The notes under the pieces: model-generated
What the model was told of the DNA's origin: nothing
Databases searched by the model: none
Seen by the model: the letters and a program-made list of their open reading frames with translations, nothing else
Shown here: positions 19,018 to 28,970 of the stretch, in pieces
Layout: each line of letters opens with the position of its first letter
How positions within the stretch are numbered: position 1 is the first letter of the stretch
Translations under genes and position numbers: made by a program
Assembly: GCA_035326705.1 (NCBI GenBank)
Contig: DAOLES010000004.1
Coordinates: forward strand, 192,232 to 256,231
Direction: 5' to 3'
Length of the DNA stretch: 64,000 bases
Origin: Oligoflexia bacterium
Lineage (GTDB): Bacteria; Bdellovibrionota_G; JALEGL01

Positions 19018-19806
19018 TTGATAAAAACGATTCAATTGTATGTTTTAACGCTTGTCTTGGCAATGCCAGTGTTTGCGGTTGGAATTGATATTCCTGTATT
19101 GACCGGGCCTGTGGTTGATCAGGCAGGTTTATTTAATCCGCAACAAAGAGATGAGATAGAACGTTTTTTATACACTTTGGATCAAAAGACAGATGTTCAA
19201 ATTGCGGTATTAAGTGTTCAATCTTTGCTTGGAGAAACAATAGAGCAGGCTTCTATCCGCGTTGCGGATCAATGGCAGCTAGGCCATAAAAAAACCGATA
19301 AAGGTCTGTTAATTTTAATTGCCAAAGATGAGCGCAGGGTTAGAGTAGAGGTGGGGCAAGGCTTAGAAGGTGATGTCCCGGATGCTTACAGTAAAAGAAT
19401 CATTGAGCGCTACATTGTCCCTAATTTTAAACAAGGTCTGTTTTACAAGGGAGTGATGCAGGGAGTGTTTCAGCTGTGTAATTTGGTGTTGAGCCCAGAA
19501 GAAAAAAAGATTGTTTTTGCACAAGGGGATCAATTTAAAGCCTTAAATAAAAGTACAAATCAAGAGTCTATCCCTTGGCCATTTGTTTTATTTTTTATTG
19601 TGGCCATTGCTTTAAAGCTTTATTTTGCAAGATCGCGTTATTCCCAGCAGGGTTCTGGCTATAGACGCAACCGCAATGGTTTTGACCATTTTGATGATTT
19701 TTTTGGTGGTGGTTTTGGAGGAGGTTCCTCCTCAGGCAGCGGTTTTGGTGGGTTCCGTGGCGGCGGTGGAGGTTTCAGCGGCGGTGGAAGCTCGGGTTCT
19801 TGGTGA
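19018..19806 (+). CDS. TPM-domain protein (YgcG-like) with a Gly-rich C-terminal tail
   Basis: TPM domain ('VVDQAGLF...LLILIAKDERRVRVEVGQGLEGDVPD'); a TM segment; a GGGFGGGSSSGSGFGG tail. This is the conserved LemA-TPM neighbourhood. Confidence 0.75.
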   Translation: MIKTIQLYVLTLVLAMPVFAVGIDIPVLTGPVVDQAGLFNPQQRDEIERFLYTLDQKTDVQIAVLSVQSLLGETIEQASIRVADQWQLGHKKTDKGLLILIAKDERRVRVEVGQGLEGDVPDAYSKRIIERYIVPNFKQGLFYKGVMQGVFQLCNLVLSPEEKKIVFAQGDQFKALNKSTNQESIPWPFVLFFIVAIALKLYFARSRYSQQGSGYRRNRNGFDHFDDFFGGGFGGGSSSGSGFGGFRGGGGGFSGGGSSGSW

Positions 19807-19818
19807 GGAGTATGTGTA

Positions 19819-20496
19819 ATGCAAAACAATGAACAACAACCCTTATGGATTCAAGACTGGATTAAAAAAGATTTCTCGCAAGCCATTGAACAGGCAATTG
19901 AAAACGCAGAAAAAAAATGTGCCTTGGATTTTTTTCCGGTGGTGGTGAAGAGTTCAACAACCTTAGGCCACATTTTTCCCTTGTTAACCTTGCTGCTATT
20001 TGCAGTGTATGTGAGTGCGCTTACCTTAATACCATTGCCCAAACTTGGCTTGTGGGGTGTTGGTGTGCACGGCATGATGGTTTTGATCATGATGATTTTG
20101 GCTTACAGTTTAAGTGAAAACCTATGGCTTGCCCGTTGGCTAACAGCCAAAAAGGATCAGCGCTATTCAGTTGAGCAAGCGGCGCGTTTGGCTTACTATG
20201 AGCATGCCATTGATCAGCATCCCAGTGTATTAATTTTTGTGTCTCTGATGGAGCGGCAAGTTGTAGTGTTGTGCAATGAAAAAGTGCAAGCCAAGCTTAA
20301 AGGCGATATTTTTAAAGATCACATTAACAAGTTATTGCCCTTACTTAAAAGAAAACAATTACAACAGGCTTTGTGTCAATGCATTGCCGGTTTGGCCAAT
20401 AGTATGCAACAGGCTTTTCCCTTACAAGGAGAAAAGCCCAAAAATGCCTTAAGCAATAAAGTATTGCTTAAAAAACCAGATGATGAACAAGCTTAG
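19819..20496 (+). CDS. Probable second TPM-domain membrane protein of the LemA operon
   Basis: Two TM helices, then 'SVLIFVSLMERQVVVLCNEKVQAKL', which resembles the TPM core; position in the operon. Confidence 0.4.
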   Translation: MQNNEQQPLWIQDWIKKDFSQAIEQAIENAEKKCALDFFPVVVKSSTTLGHIFPLLTLLLFAVYVSALTLIPLPKLGLWGVGVHGMMVLIMMILAYSLSENLWLARWLTAKKDQRYSVEQAARLAYYEHAIDQHPSVLIFVSLMERQVVVLCNEKVQAKLKGDIFKDHINKLLPLLKRKQLQQALCQCIAGLANSMQQAFPLQGEKPKNALSNKVLLKKPDDEQA

Positions 20497-20963
20497 TAGT
20501 TAGCACTGGCTTGCATGATGACATGAAAATCAACAATTTCAGGTTCATTTTGTCTGGTGTCTACTTCAGGATCTTCAATGTAGATAGTCAAATAACGGTT
20601 TGCTTTATTCACAACGGTTCTTAGACGAAAACTTTGTCCATACAACCAAACATCCTCTGCATTTTGCCAGACATCCTCTTGACCATCAACTTTTTCAAAG
20701 TCATTGATTTTAATGCTTAATGCTTTGTTTCTGCTTTCTTGGGTGAACTCAATGTTAATGGTCCAGTCACCCAAAATGCGTAAAAAATTGGCTTGCAGGT
20801 GCAGTTGGTCATCTTTGCTGTAATCTATGGTTTTATCAATAAGATAGGTGTGTTTGTGCTGCGCATAAGAGGCAATAGCATTGACAGGTGCTTGCGCATG
20901 AGCGTTGCTTAAAAAAGCAAAGATTGAAAAAAATGTTAAAAAGCCTAGATATAAATGTCTCAT
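20493..20963 (-). CDS. Secreted hypothetical protein
   Basis: Signal peptide 'MRHLYLGFLTFFSIFAFLSNAHAQ'. Confidence 0.4.
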   Translation of the reverse strand: MRHLYLGFLTFFSIFAFLSNAHAQAPVNAIASYAQHKHTYLIDKTIDYSKDDQLHLQANFLRILGDWTINIEFTQESRNKALSIKINDFEKVDGQEDVWQNAEDVWLYGQSFRLRTVVNKANRYLTIYIEDPEVDTRQNEPEIVDFHVIMQASANY

Positions 20964-21183
20964 AATAACCCCATTTGAATATGTTTAATAAAGAATAAAC
21001 AGTTAGCTAGAAACCATATAAAAAGAAAATAAATAAAAATTATATATCTATAAAAATTGTCTATAATAATAGCTTTTTAAAAAGGTTAATAAAACTAAAT
21101 CCTTAGGAATCCTAAATAGAAAATATTGTCTTTTTTACTTTATAGTCTTGCCAAATTGGCTTTGATCTTTAATATGCCTTCTC

Positions 21184-23568
21184 ATGAATTTTGAAACATG
21201 GATCAAACAGACCTGTCCAGGGGTTAGTTTTAAAGCAGCCACTGCCGTACTGGAGTTGAGTGCAGAAGGCGCAACATTACCGTTTATTGCGCGTTATCGT
21301 AAAGAAAAAACTGGAGGCCTGGATGAAGTGGCCATACAAGCTGTTTTAGATGCCAAAGAAAATTTTGAAACCATCATCAAGCGACAAGCCTATATTGTTG
21401 ACGAAATTGCCAAACAAGAAAAGTTAACGGATGAATTAAAAAAGAAGATTGAAAGCACCTTTGTTCTATCGGTTTTAGAAGATTTGTACCAACCTTATAA
21501 ACTCAAGAAAAAAACCAAAGCCACTGTTGCTAAAGAAGCCGGTTTAGAGCCTTTTGCCAATTGGTTGTGGGATTGTGGGCATGGCGTCGCCAAAGCCCAA
21601 GATGGAGAAATCGCTGAAAAAGTAGCTTTAGCCTACCTTAATGCTGATCATAAAATCAACAGTGCTGAAGATGCCATCAAAGGCGCACAAGATATATTGA
21701 TTGAACGTTTAAGCGAAGACGCGGACCTCAAACAAAAAGTGAGAGACATTGTTTTTCAAAAAGCTTTTTTGCACAGTGAAAAAGGTAAAAATGCCAAACC
21801 GCACAGTAAGTTTGAGCCCTACTTTGAGTTCTCACAAGCTGTGCAAACCTTGATGGAAGAAGGCAGTTCGCACCGTTACTTGGCCATTCGACGCGGTTGG
21901 ATGGAACAAGAGTTGAGCATTAAGTTTGATTTTGCCCCAGACAGCGGCCAAAGCTTGGAAGATCATTTGCTTGAATTGTATTACGCGGCAGCGTGTAGCG
22001 AGGAAAATTTTTCAGAAAAAGACCTCTTGCATAAAGCGGCGCGCATGGCGCTAAAAGTCTATGTGCTTTCCAGCATAGAAAATGAAGTACATAAAGAGTT
22101 AAGAGAAGCCGCAGATATTGCAGCCATTACTGTATTTGCTGAGAATGTAAAAAAACTGTTGTTGGCCGCACCTTTTGGGCCTAAGGCTGTTTTGGGTGTT
22201 GACCCTGGTATTAGAACGGGTTGTAAATTGGCCGTGATAGATGCCTCAGGCAAATATGTGTCTGATGCGGTAATGCATTTAAATACAGAGGCCAATAAGC
22301 AAGCGGCAGCCAAAGGTTTGTTGGCTGTGATTGCAGCTTATGACATCAAGGCCATTGCCGTAGGCAATGGTACCGCAGGTCGTGAAACAGAAAGTTTTGT
22401 TAGGCAAGTGCTTAAAGATGCCGGTGTAAAAGTGGATGTGACCATGGTCAATGAGTCTGGAGCTAGTATTTACAGCGCCAGTGAAACGGCAAGGGAAGAG
22501 TTTCCCAATTTAGATGTGACCGTGCGCGGAGCCATTTCCATTGCCCGTCGTTTGCAAGATCCTTTGGCGGAGCTGGTCAAAATTGAACCCAAAAGCATTG
22601 GGGTAGGCCAATATCAGCACGATGTCTCACAAACGGCTTTAAAAAAACGACTAGAGTTGGTGGTGGATGTTTGTGTGAACTCGGTTGGCGTTAACTTGAA
22701 CACAGCTTCCTATCATTTGCTTTCTCGTGTGGCCGGCATTGGTCCAAGTTTGGCTAAAACCATTGTTGATTACCGAGCGCAAAACGGCTTGTTTCAATCC
22801 AAGCAAGACTTGTTAAAAGTTTCACGTTTTAGTGACAAAACCTTAGAGCAAGCAGCAGGCTTTTTACGCATCCCAGAAGCCAAAAATCCTTTGGATAACA
22901 CCGGTGTTCACCCAGAGCGTTACAAGGCATTGACGGAAGTTGCTGAAAAAATGGGGCAAACCTTAAAAAGCTTAATGGGTGCTCAAGGCGTACAAGCTTT
23001 GAGAAACAGTGAGCATGGTAAAAACTTAAAAGCTTTGATGGGCGAGTACACCTATGAAGATGTGCTTAAGGAATTGGAAAAGCCAGGCCGTGACCCGCGT
23101 GAAACCTTTGCTGTATTTTCTTATCGAGATGATATCAGTGAGGTCAAAGATCTTAAGGCGGATATGATTTGTCCTGGGATTGTCACCAACGTCACCAACT
23201 TTGGTGCTTTTGTGGATATAGGAGTGCATCAAGATGGCTTGGTGCATATTTCACAAATGTCTCATGACTTTGTCAAAGACCCTAGAGATGTGGTGAGTCC
23301 AGGGGATCATGTCACGGTAAAAGTGATGGATGTCAACTTGGATAAAAAGCAAATTGCTTTGAGCATGCGCTTGTCTGAGCAAGGAAGTCAACAGCAAAGT
23401 CCCAAAACGTCCGCGGCGGACAGACCTTCTGCTGCAAACAAAGAATCAAGAAAATATAACCCTGGACAACGCTCCGGGGGTGCTCCGGCAAAGCCAAAGC
23501 AAAACGGTCCAGCCAAAGCCACCCATAATCCATTTGCGGCCTTGGCAGATTTTAAAGTGAAAAAGTAA
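21184..23568 (+). CDS. tex: Transcription accessory protein Tex (YqgF/HhH/S1 domains)
   Basis: 'FIARYRKEKTGGLDEV' Tex N-terminus; YqgF-like domain; HhH motifs; a C-terminal S1 domain; ~790 aa. Confidence 0.9.
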   Translation: MNFETWIKQTCPGVSFKAATAVLELSAEGATLPFIARYRKEKTGGLDEVAIQAVLDAKENFETIIKRQAYIVDEIAKQEKLTDELKKKIESTFVLSVLEDLYQPYKLKKKTKATVAKEAGLEPFANWLWDCGHGVAKAQDGEIAEKVALAYLNADHKINSAEDAIKGAQDILIERLSEDADLKQKVRDIVFQKAFLHSEKGKNAKPHSKFEPYFEFSQAVQTLMEEGSSHRYLAIRRGWMEQELSIKFDFAPDSGQSLEDHLLELYYAAACSEENFSEKDLLHKAARMALKVYVLSSIENEVHKELREAADIAAITVFAENVKKLLLAAPFGPKAVLGVDPGIRTGCKLAVIDASGKYVSDAVMHLNTEANKQAAAKGLLAVIAAYDIKAIAVGNGTAGRETESFVRQVLKDAGVKVDVTMVNESGASIYSASETAREEFPNLDVTVRGAISIARRLQDPLAELVKIEPKSIGVGQYQHDVSQTALKKRLELVVDVCVNSVGVNLNTASYHLLSRVAGIGPSLAKTIVDYRAQNGLFQSKQDLLKVSRFSDKTLEQAAGFLRIPEAKNPLDNTGVHPERYKALTEVAEKMGQTLKSLMGAQGVQALRNSEHGKNLKALMGEYTYEDVLKELEKPGRDPRETFAVFSYRDDISEVKDLKADMICPGIVTNVTNFGAFVDIGVHQDGLVHISQMSHDFVKDPRDVVSPGDHVTVKVMDVNLDKKQIALSMRLSEQGSQQQSPKTSAADRPSAANKESRKYNPGQRSGGAPAKPKQNGPAKATHNPFAALADFKVKK

Positions 23569-23596
23569 GATCATGTCAGGCTATGGTTTTTAATCA

Positions 23597-24511
23597 CTAA
23601 GGAATATATGGATAGTACAAATAAAGAGATGACGTGGTCGAGGCGGTTATTTCACTGTTGCCAAAGCCTAAGATAGGCGTTTCTTCGTTCAATAAATTGC
23701 GGAAAGAATACGATAAACGGCGGATGCTGTCGCTGGGGTTGGCTTGAATATTTTGTGCTTCTTGATACTGGGCATCTCTGAGCGTATTAAAATTAAAACT
23801 CATGACGCCCGGTGCTGCCGGCCTAATGGCATAGGATAAAATACATTGTTCAATGCAGACATTGCCTCTAACATCAGGATAAGCGGGAGAAAACTCAATG
23901 TTAACCCCTTCTTCAAATGTGGTTGAGGTGTCGTTTGTTCGGTAATTGATAAAACTGACGGCTTCTGGCATGCGAATTTGTTGAAACCTAATGCCGCCTT
24001 GCGGATCAATAATGCAAACGTTGGCTTTGTTGATGGGGCGTAAATCAATGTAATCAGAGTAATAACCAACATTGGTGTTGGTGCTTTCTTTATAAGGCAG
24101 TTGTCGACCATTGATTAAAACTTTGTAACCATCGTCTAAGCGTAAGAAAGATGCGGGTTGACCAATGGGATTAATTTTAATCTCAACATAAACACTGTTA
24201 AAAATAGCATAAGAGCTTAATAAAGTGAGTCTAAAATTACTATTGTTTTCCTGGCCATTGACCGGGTTGGTCACTGTAGGCGTTACAGAGTCTGGATGGA
24301 CGCCGTTGGGGTAATTGTCTAAATCTTGGCACAAGTCATTGATTTCTGACTGGCTGAAGCTTAGCTCTTGATCAATTAAAGGTTCTTGAATGACCTCTTC
24401 ATATTGAGTGAAAGTGTTTGGATCACCAATGCTAACATTTGAACATGCGTTTAATAGCCCTGCTGTTGTCAATAAACTGACAGCAAGAAAAATATTTTTT
24501 TTCATTATCAA
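23597..24511 (-). CDS. Hypothetical lipoprotein
   Basis: 'LLTTAGLLNACS' lipobox. Confidence 0.45.
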   Translation of the reverse strand: MIMKKNIFLAVSLLTTAGLLNACSNVSIGDPNTFTQYEEVIQEPLIDQELSFSQSEINDLCQDLDNYPNGVHPDSVTPTVTNPVNGQENNSNFRLTLLSSYAIFNSVYVEIKINPIGQPASFLRLDDGYKVLINGRQLPYKESTNTNVGYYSDYIDLRPINKANVCIIDPQGGIRFQQIRMPEAVSFINYRTNDTSTTFEEGVNIEFSPAYPDVRGNVCIEQCILSYAIRPAAPGVMSFNFNTLRDAQYQEAQNIQANPSDSIRRLSYSFRNLLNEETPILGFGNSEITASTTSSLYLYYPYIP

Positions 24512-24711
24512 CCTTTGTGTTATCTTTTATTTAAAAATCCCCAATAACATTTATAGTCTAGCAAATTTTTTTAAGGTAAGTAAAGTTAATATTTTAAGTA
24601 TTTGATATTAAAAGATTTTAATTTTATATGTCAATTGTAGCATGTTTTTAAAGGCTAAATATTTTTTTGAGAGGCTTATGATCTTGCTACGAAGGGCTCA
24701 AGTTATACGAC

Positions 24712-25707
24712 TTAATCGTTTCCAAAGCATGGATCGACAATCAGTGAAAAATCATGTTTTTGCAAAAGATATTGCAAGTGACTAAAGCGCGAGGCATCAA
24801 TAAAAATATGAAGGGTGTCATTGGGGTTTAATCTTTGCGCAAAGTGCTTGATGTTTTCAAACGCAGTGTAGTTTGGAATAATTAATGTATACAACATATA
24901 GTCTTTGGGTTGATTTTGATGGGATGGTTCTAAGGCAGGTAAATCCAGCATAAGCTGTTCTTGGAAGCGTTGCAAATCATAAGTATGGTATTGATGGGGG
25001 AGTTCTATTAAAGTTTGTTTGTAGAGTGGTAATACATGGCTGAATCGTTTTATATCTTTTTGCAATTGTGACAGATTAAAAGGAGCGCCGTCAACCCTAA
25101 GCATATGAATGATTTGCGCAACTGTATCCAATGTGATGCCATTGTCCTTGAAAGCTGAAAACGTTAAACACTCTGGGTTTTCGTATTTTAGGTAATAATG
25201 AAAAAGGCGCAATGAATCTAAAAGCGTAAGATAATGCTGTTCAAGTTTAGGGTGCTGGGGCTCACCAACGCAATAGGCTTTTAAGTTTTCGGGCTTGAGT
25301 TGGTTTAAATGTTGTTGAAAATCTAAGACTTCAAACAAACTTTGCATCAACAAACTGTAGGTGTCTTGTAAACCAAAGATTTTTGATTGCTCAAAAGATT
25401 TAGCTAAGTCTTGAAGGGTGGTGGCCAACAAGGTTTGTTCAGTGTCAGCAATATTGAAGAAGGTATTGGGTTTAAAGCTTTCTTGATTGGCAGCGATAAA
25501 ACCAAAACTGTGATCAAAATAAGCATGGTCGTACATCAGGTAATGTTGTTGAGAACTGTCGTTTTCTGGGTTTAAGCTGGACTTGATCACATCAACTTGG
25601 TTTTGCAAGCAAGCACTATGATTGCGGGCATGCAAGTGGATGCTTTGGGCAAAAAGAGGGGTCCAGAACCAGCAATACAACAAAAGCGTAAGCAATGATT
25701 TTAACAT
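24712..25707 (-). CDS. Secreted hypothetical protein
   Basis: Signal peptide. It is divergently transcribed from the radical SAM gene and shares the palindrome-containing intergenic region. Confidence 0.4.
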   Translation of the reverse strand: MLKSLLTLLLYCWFWTPLFAQSIHLHARNHSACLQNQVDVIKSSLNPENDSSQQHYLMYDHAYFDHSFGFIAANQESFKPNTFFNIADTEQTLLATTLQDLAKSFEQSKIFGLQDTYSLLMQSLFEVLDFQQHLNQLKPENLKAYCVGEPQHPKLEQHYLTLLDSLRLFHYYLKYENPECLTFSAFKDNGITLDTVAQIIHMLRVDGAPFNLSQLQKDIKRFSHVLPLYKQTLIELPHQYHTYDLQRFQEQLMLDLPALEPSHQNQPKDYMLYTLIIPNYTAFENIKHFAQRLNPNDTLHIFIDASRFSHLQYLLQKHDFSLIVDPCFGND

Positions 25708-25781
25708 TGAAATCAGCTTAATCTAATTTTCTAAAAAAATGCAAACAGTTTACGCAGTGTATTATGAGTTGGCGCGTAAAA

Positions 25782-25831
25782 GTGACCATATATGGTACCA
25801 TATATGGTCACTTGTCCACAGCTGTGGACAA
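25782..25831. promoter_or_regulatory. Two abutting perfect palindromes: 30 bp GTGACCATATATGGTACCATATATGGTCAC (25782-25811) and 20 bp TTGTCCACAGCTGTGGACAA (25812-25831); candidate operator sites
   Basis: I checked each against its own reverse complement base by base. They lie centrally in the 242-bp divergent intergenic region between 24712..25707(-) and the rSAM gene (+). Confidence 0.6.
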
Positions 25832-25949
25832 AAATAATAACAATAAAAACAAACACTTAAGTTAATATAAAGGAGCTTGTACCAAAGCTATCCACAAAAC
25901 AAAATCCTTTGTCATAAATATTGTTTTGTATGATGAGCGCGGGTAGACT

Positions 25950-26879
25950 GTGGCCATGGTGAGCAGAGCATTTGAAAATACCTATCTTACGGCCAAAGGA
26001 GAGCCTAGGGCCAAAGTAGAGTTAAGTGCATTACAGACCTTGTGGTTGAATACCGGAACCTTATGCAATTTAAGCTGTGAGCATTGTTACATAGAATCAT
26101 CACCCAGAAATGACAGACTGGCTTATTTGTCTGCCCAGGATGTTGAGCCTTTTTTGGATGAAATCAAAACCCGTCAGCTAGGCACCCAAATGATAGGTAT
26201 TACAGATGGAGAACCGTTTATCAATCCTAGTATTATAGAAATTTTAAATTTATGCCTGTCACGTGGTTTTGAAACCTTGGTTTTAAGCAATGCGTTTAAA
26301 GTGTTAAACAAACATGAGCAAAGTTTGCTTGATTTAAATCAGCATTACCCAGAGCAGTTTTTTATTCGTGTATCTTTGGATCATTATAGCAAAGATAAGC
26401 ATGAAGAAGAGCGGGGTGAGGGAACGTTTGAAAAAACCATGCAGCGTTTACAATGGTTGCATGCCAATGATTTTCAGCTTTCAGTGGCAGGTAGGGCCAT
26501 GCTGGGAGAAAATTTAGCGGATAGTCAAGCAGGCTATAAATCTTTGCTTGAGTATTATGCAATTGATTTAGACTTAGAACAAAAGTTAATTATTTTTCCT
26601 GAAATGGCCAATGATAAAGATGTGCCTGAGATTAGTACAGCTTGTTGGGATATTTTGGGAGTAAAACCTGAACAACAAATGTGTGCGCATGAGCGCATGT
26701 TGGTTAAACATAAAGGTGCAACAAAACCAGTGTTGATGCCCTGTACTCTATTGGCTTATGATGAGCAGTTTGTCATGGGCAATACTTTGCAAGAAGCAGA
26801 TAAACCAGTTTACTTAAATCATCGTTTTTGTGCCCAGTTCTGTGTGCTAGGGGGGTCCAGTTGTTCTGGCGTCAAATAA
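25950..26879 (+). CDS. Radical SAM protein, ArsS-like (rSAM/Cys-rich TIGR04167-type family)
   Basis: CxxxCxxC 'CNLSCEHC' embedded in 'LWLNTGTLCNLSCEHCYIES'. C-terminal 'CAQFCVLGGSSCSG' Cys-rich motif, which I recall (unchecked) as characteristic of this family. The Cys positions are Cys codons, not UGA. Confidence 0.65.
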   Translation: MAMVSRAFENTYLTAKGEPRAKVELSALQTLWLNTGTLCNLSCEHCYIESSPRNDRLAYLSAQDVEPFLDEIKTRQLGTQMIGITDGEPFINPSIIEILNLCLSRGFETLVLSNAFKVLNKHEQSLLDLNQHYPEQFFIRVSLDHYSKDKHEEERGEGTFEKTMQRLQWLHANDFQLSVAGRAMLGENLADSQAGYKSLLEYYAIDLDLEQKLIIFPEMANDKDVPEISTACWDILGVKPEQQMCAHERMLVKHKGATKPVLMPCTLLAYDEQFVMGNTLQEADKPVYLNHRFCAQFCVLGGSSCSGVK

Positions 26880-26881
26880 AG

Positions 26882-27511
26882 GTGCTATTGCTAGTTTTAG
26901 GCGGCATGGTGCGGTCTGCAGTGGCGATTGATTTGGATGTACAGCAATGGGAGTTGATTAATTACCGCAAAATCAAAGCCAATACCGTAACTAACGTCAA
27001 TGATCATATGCTTATCAACGTTGATCAATCATCGTCAGCTTTGGTGTATCCTTTTGCAACAGCCAAAACAGTTAAAGGCATAAAGATTCGTGCTCAGATG
27101 CAAGGTGATCTGAACTACCAAGACATGGTACCGGGAAGCATGGGAGCCGATGATTTTCCCTTACGAATAGGTTTGATTGAACAGGGAAGCAAAAAACTTA
27201 ATTTTTTGCAAAAAGCAATGGCCCCCCAGTGGTTGAAAACCTTAAATGCTTTTTCTGCTAACTATGGTGGGTTAAATCAAGTGTACAGCTTGCTGTTTTA
27301 TACCCAATCCCCAGACTTTGAAAAACGTGAGCATCCATTGGCAAAATACTTTTTTGAAGTTGCTTTAGCACAATTTAAAAACGGTAAGCTAGAATACAGC
27401 CATCAATTTGAGCAACCAACACAAAATATTGGTCTTTGGATCAGTTCTGATGGCGATGATACTTTGTCATCGTACAGCATAAGGATTCATGCCTTGCAAT
27501 TGATTGAGTAA
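26882..27511 (+). CDS. Hypothetical secreted protein (putative GTG start after an AAGG RBS)
   Basis: The ORF track start overlaps the rSAM gene. A GTG at 26882 gives a hydrophobic 'LLLVLGGMVRSAVA' N-terminus. Confidence 0.35.
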   Translation: MLLLVLGGMVRSAVAIDLDVQQWELINYRKIKANTVTNVNDHMLINVDQSSSALVYPFATAKTVKGIKIRAQMQGDLNYQDMVPGSMGADDFPLRIGLIEQGSKKLNFLQKAMAPQWLKTLNAFSANYGGLNQVYSLLFYTQSPDFEKREHPLAKYFFEVALAQFKNGKLEYSHQFEQPTQNIGLWISSDGDDTLSSYSIRIHALQLIE

Positions 27512-27611
27512 ATAAAATACAATGATTTCAAGGTAAACTATAAAAGCATGTGCCTGTAATTTATATCTAATCTGCATAAAACTATTGTTAAAAGCCTAAG
27601 CAAGCGATAAA

Positions 27612-28535
27612 GTGCCCTCCATGTTGATGACCACAAGGGTAGGAACATTAGAATTGCGCAATCCTATTTTGGGAGCCTCCGGTACCTTTGGTTATGGTTT
27701 AGAGTTTGCGCAACTGATGGATTTAGAAAGCATTGGCGGCTTTGTCACCAAAGGCTTATCCATGCGCCCACGTTTGGGTAATCAACCCCCACGCATTCAT
27801 GAAACACCATACGGAATGCTTAATGCTATTGGCTTACATAATATTGGCGCCAAAGCTTTTGTTAAAGAAAAACTCCCCCAGCTCAGAGAAATTGATACAC
27901 ATGTTATTGTCAATGTTTATGGAGAAAGCCCGCAAGACTTTATTGATGTGGCGCAATATTTGTCTGAACACGAAGGTATCTCCGCTTTAGAAATCAATGT
28001 GTCCTGCCCTAATGTTAAAAATGGTTTAGATATTGGAACAGATCCAGCACAAGCGGAACAACTGATTGCTCAAATTAGAGAAGTAACATATTTACCTCTG
28101 TGGGCTAAGCTTACGCCCAATGTTACGCATATTACTGCAATAGCCCAAGCGGCCATCAATGGTGGGGCAGATGCCTTGTCTTTGATTAATTCAGTCAAAG
28201 CCATGGCCCTAGATTGGCGCAGAAACACGCCACATTTATCCAATATTTTTGGGGGTTTGTCTGGCCCGGCCATTAAACCCATTGCTTTAGCCAAGGTGTT
28301 TGAAGTGACTCAAAAATTTGATATTCCGGTTGTAGGCATAGGGGGCATAAAAAGTGCTGAGGATGTGGCTGATTTTTTAGCTGTTGGAGCCTGTGCTGTG
28401 CAAGTGGGAACGCATAATTTTGCCGATACTGCAGCAACTGAGCATATCGTTCAGGCTTTAAAAAATACTTTACTGGAAGAAAAAACAAGCGTTTCTGAAC
28501 TCAAAGGACGATTTTTGCGCCGGGAGACAAGGTGA
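27612..28535 (+). CDS. pyrD: Dihydroorotate dehydrogenase, class 1 catalytic subunit
   Basis: 'LRNPILGASGTFGYG', 'NVSCPNVKNG', 'GIGGI' motifs. Confidence 0.85.
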   Translation: MPSMLMTTRVGTLELRNPILGASGTFGYGLEFAQLMDLESIGGFVTKGLSMRPRLGNQPPRIHETPYGMLNAIGLHNIGAKAFVKEKLPQLREIDTHVIVNVYGESPQDFIDVAQYLSEHEGISALEINVSCPNVKNGLDIGTDPAQAEQLIAQIREVTYLPLWAKLTPNVTHITAIAQAAINGGADALSLINSVKAMALDWRRNTPHLSNIFGGLSGPAIKPIALAKVFEVTQKFDIPVVGIGGIKSAEDVADFLAVGACAVQVGTHNFADTAATEHIVQALKNTLLEEKTSVSELKGRFLRRETR

Positions 28536-28885
28536 GTCTTAATTATCCTGTACGTTCCAAACGCTATGCGGTACGCATTCAATTAGGTCAAGCAGCGCAG
28601 GAGTTGTTTTACGGTAGCCAAATCATGAATATCTCTAAAGGTGGGGTTTTTATTAAAGCAGATTTGGTCCTACCGGTGGGCAGTATTATTGATTTTACTT
28701 TTACTTTACCCAAAACCAATCAAACCATCAGTGTTACCGGAGTGGTGGTTTGGGCGCGCAAAGCCCTGGCCAAACAACAGGAATCCTTCCCCAATCATCC
28801 CAGTGGTATGGGAATTCAGTTTGTTCAAACATCCAGTGAGATTTTGGATAAAATCAGTCAAGAATTGCAGTTACACAGCGCCTAA
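28532..28885 (+). CDS. PilZ domain protein
   Basis: 'RSKRYAVR' (RxxxR) and 'NISKGGVFI' (N-x-S-x-G-G) PilZ motifs; overlaps the pyrD stop by 4 nt. Confidence 0.65.
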   Translation: MSLNYPVRSKRYAVRIQLGQAAQELFYGSQIMNISKGGVFIKADLVLPVGSIIDFTFTLPKTNQTISVTGVVVWARKALAKQQESFPNHPSGMGIQFVQTSSEILDKISQELQLHSA

Positions 28886-28970
28886 AGCATGAATTTTAAG
28901 CATTAAAAACAATAAATTGTGACCAGTGGGTCTAGTATTTGCTTTAAAAAACTGGTATATTGCGACCTTC

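Noticed and set aside
19625-19819. 64-aa ORF overlapping the 3' end of the TPM-domain gene
   Set aside because: It is produced by the alternate frame of the Gly-rich (GGN)n tail of the TPM protein. It is low complexity and not a gene.
26830-26879. Possible selenocysteine (UGA) in the ArsS-like C-terminal GSSC motif
   Set aside because: The Cys positions are encoded by normal Cys codons. There is no in-frame TGA and no SECIS-like hairpin, so it is not a selenoprotein here.
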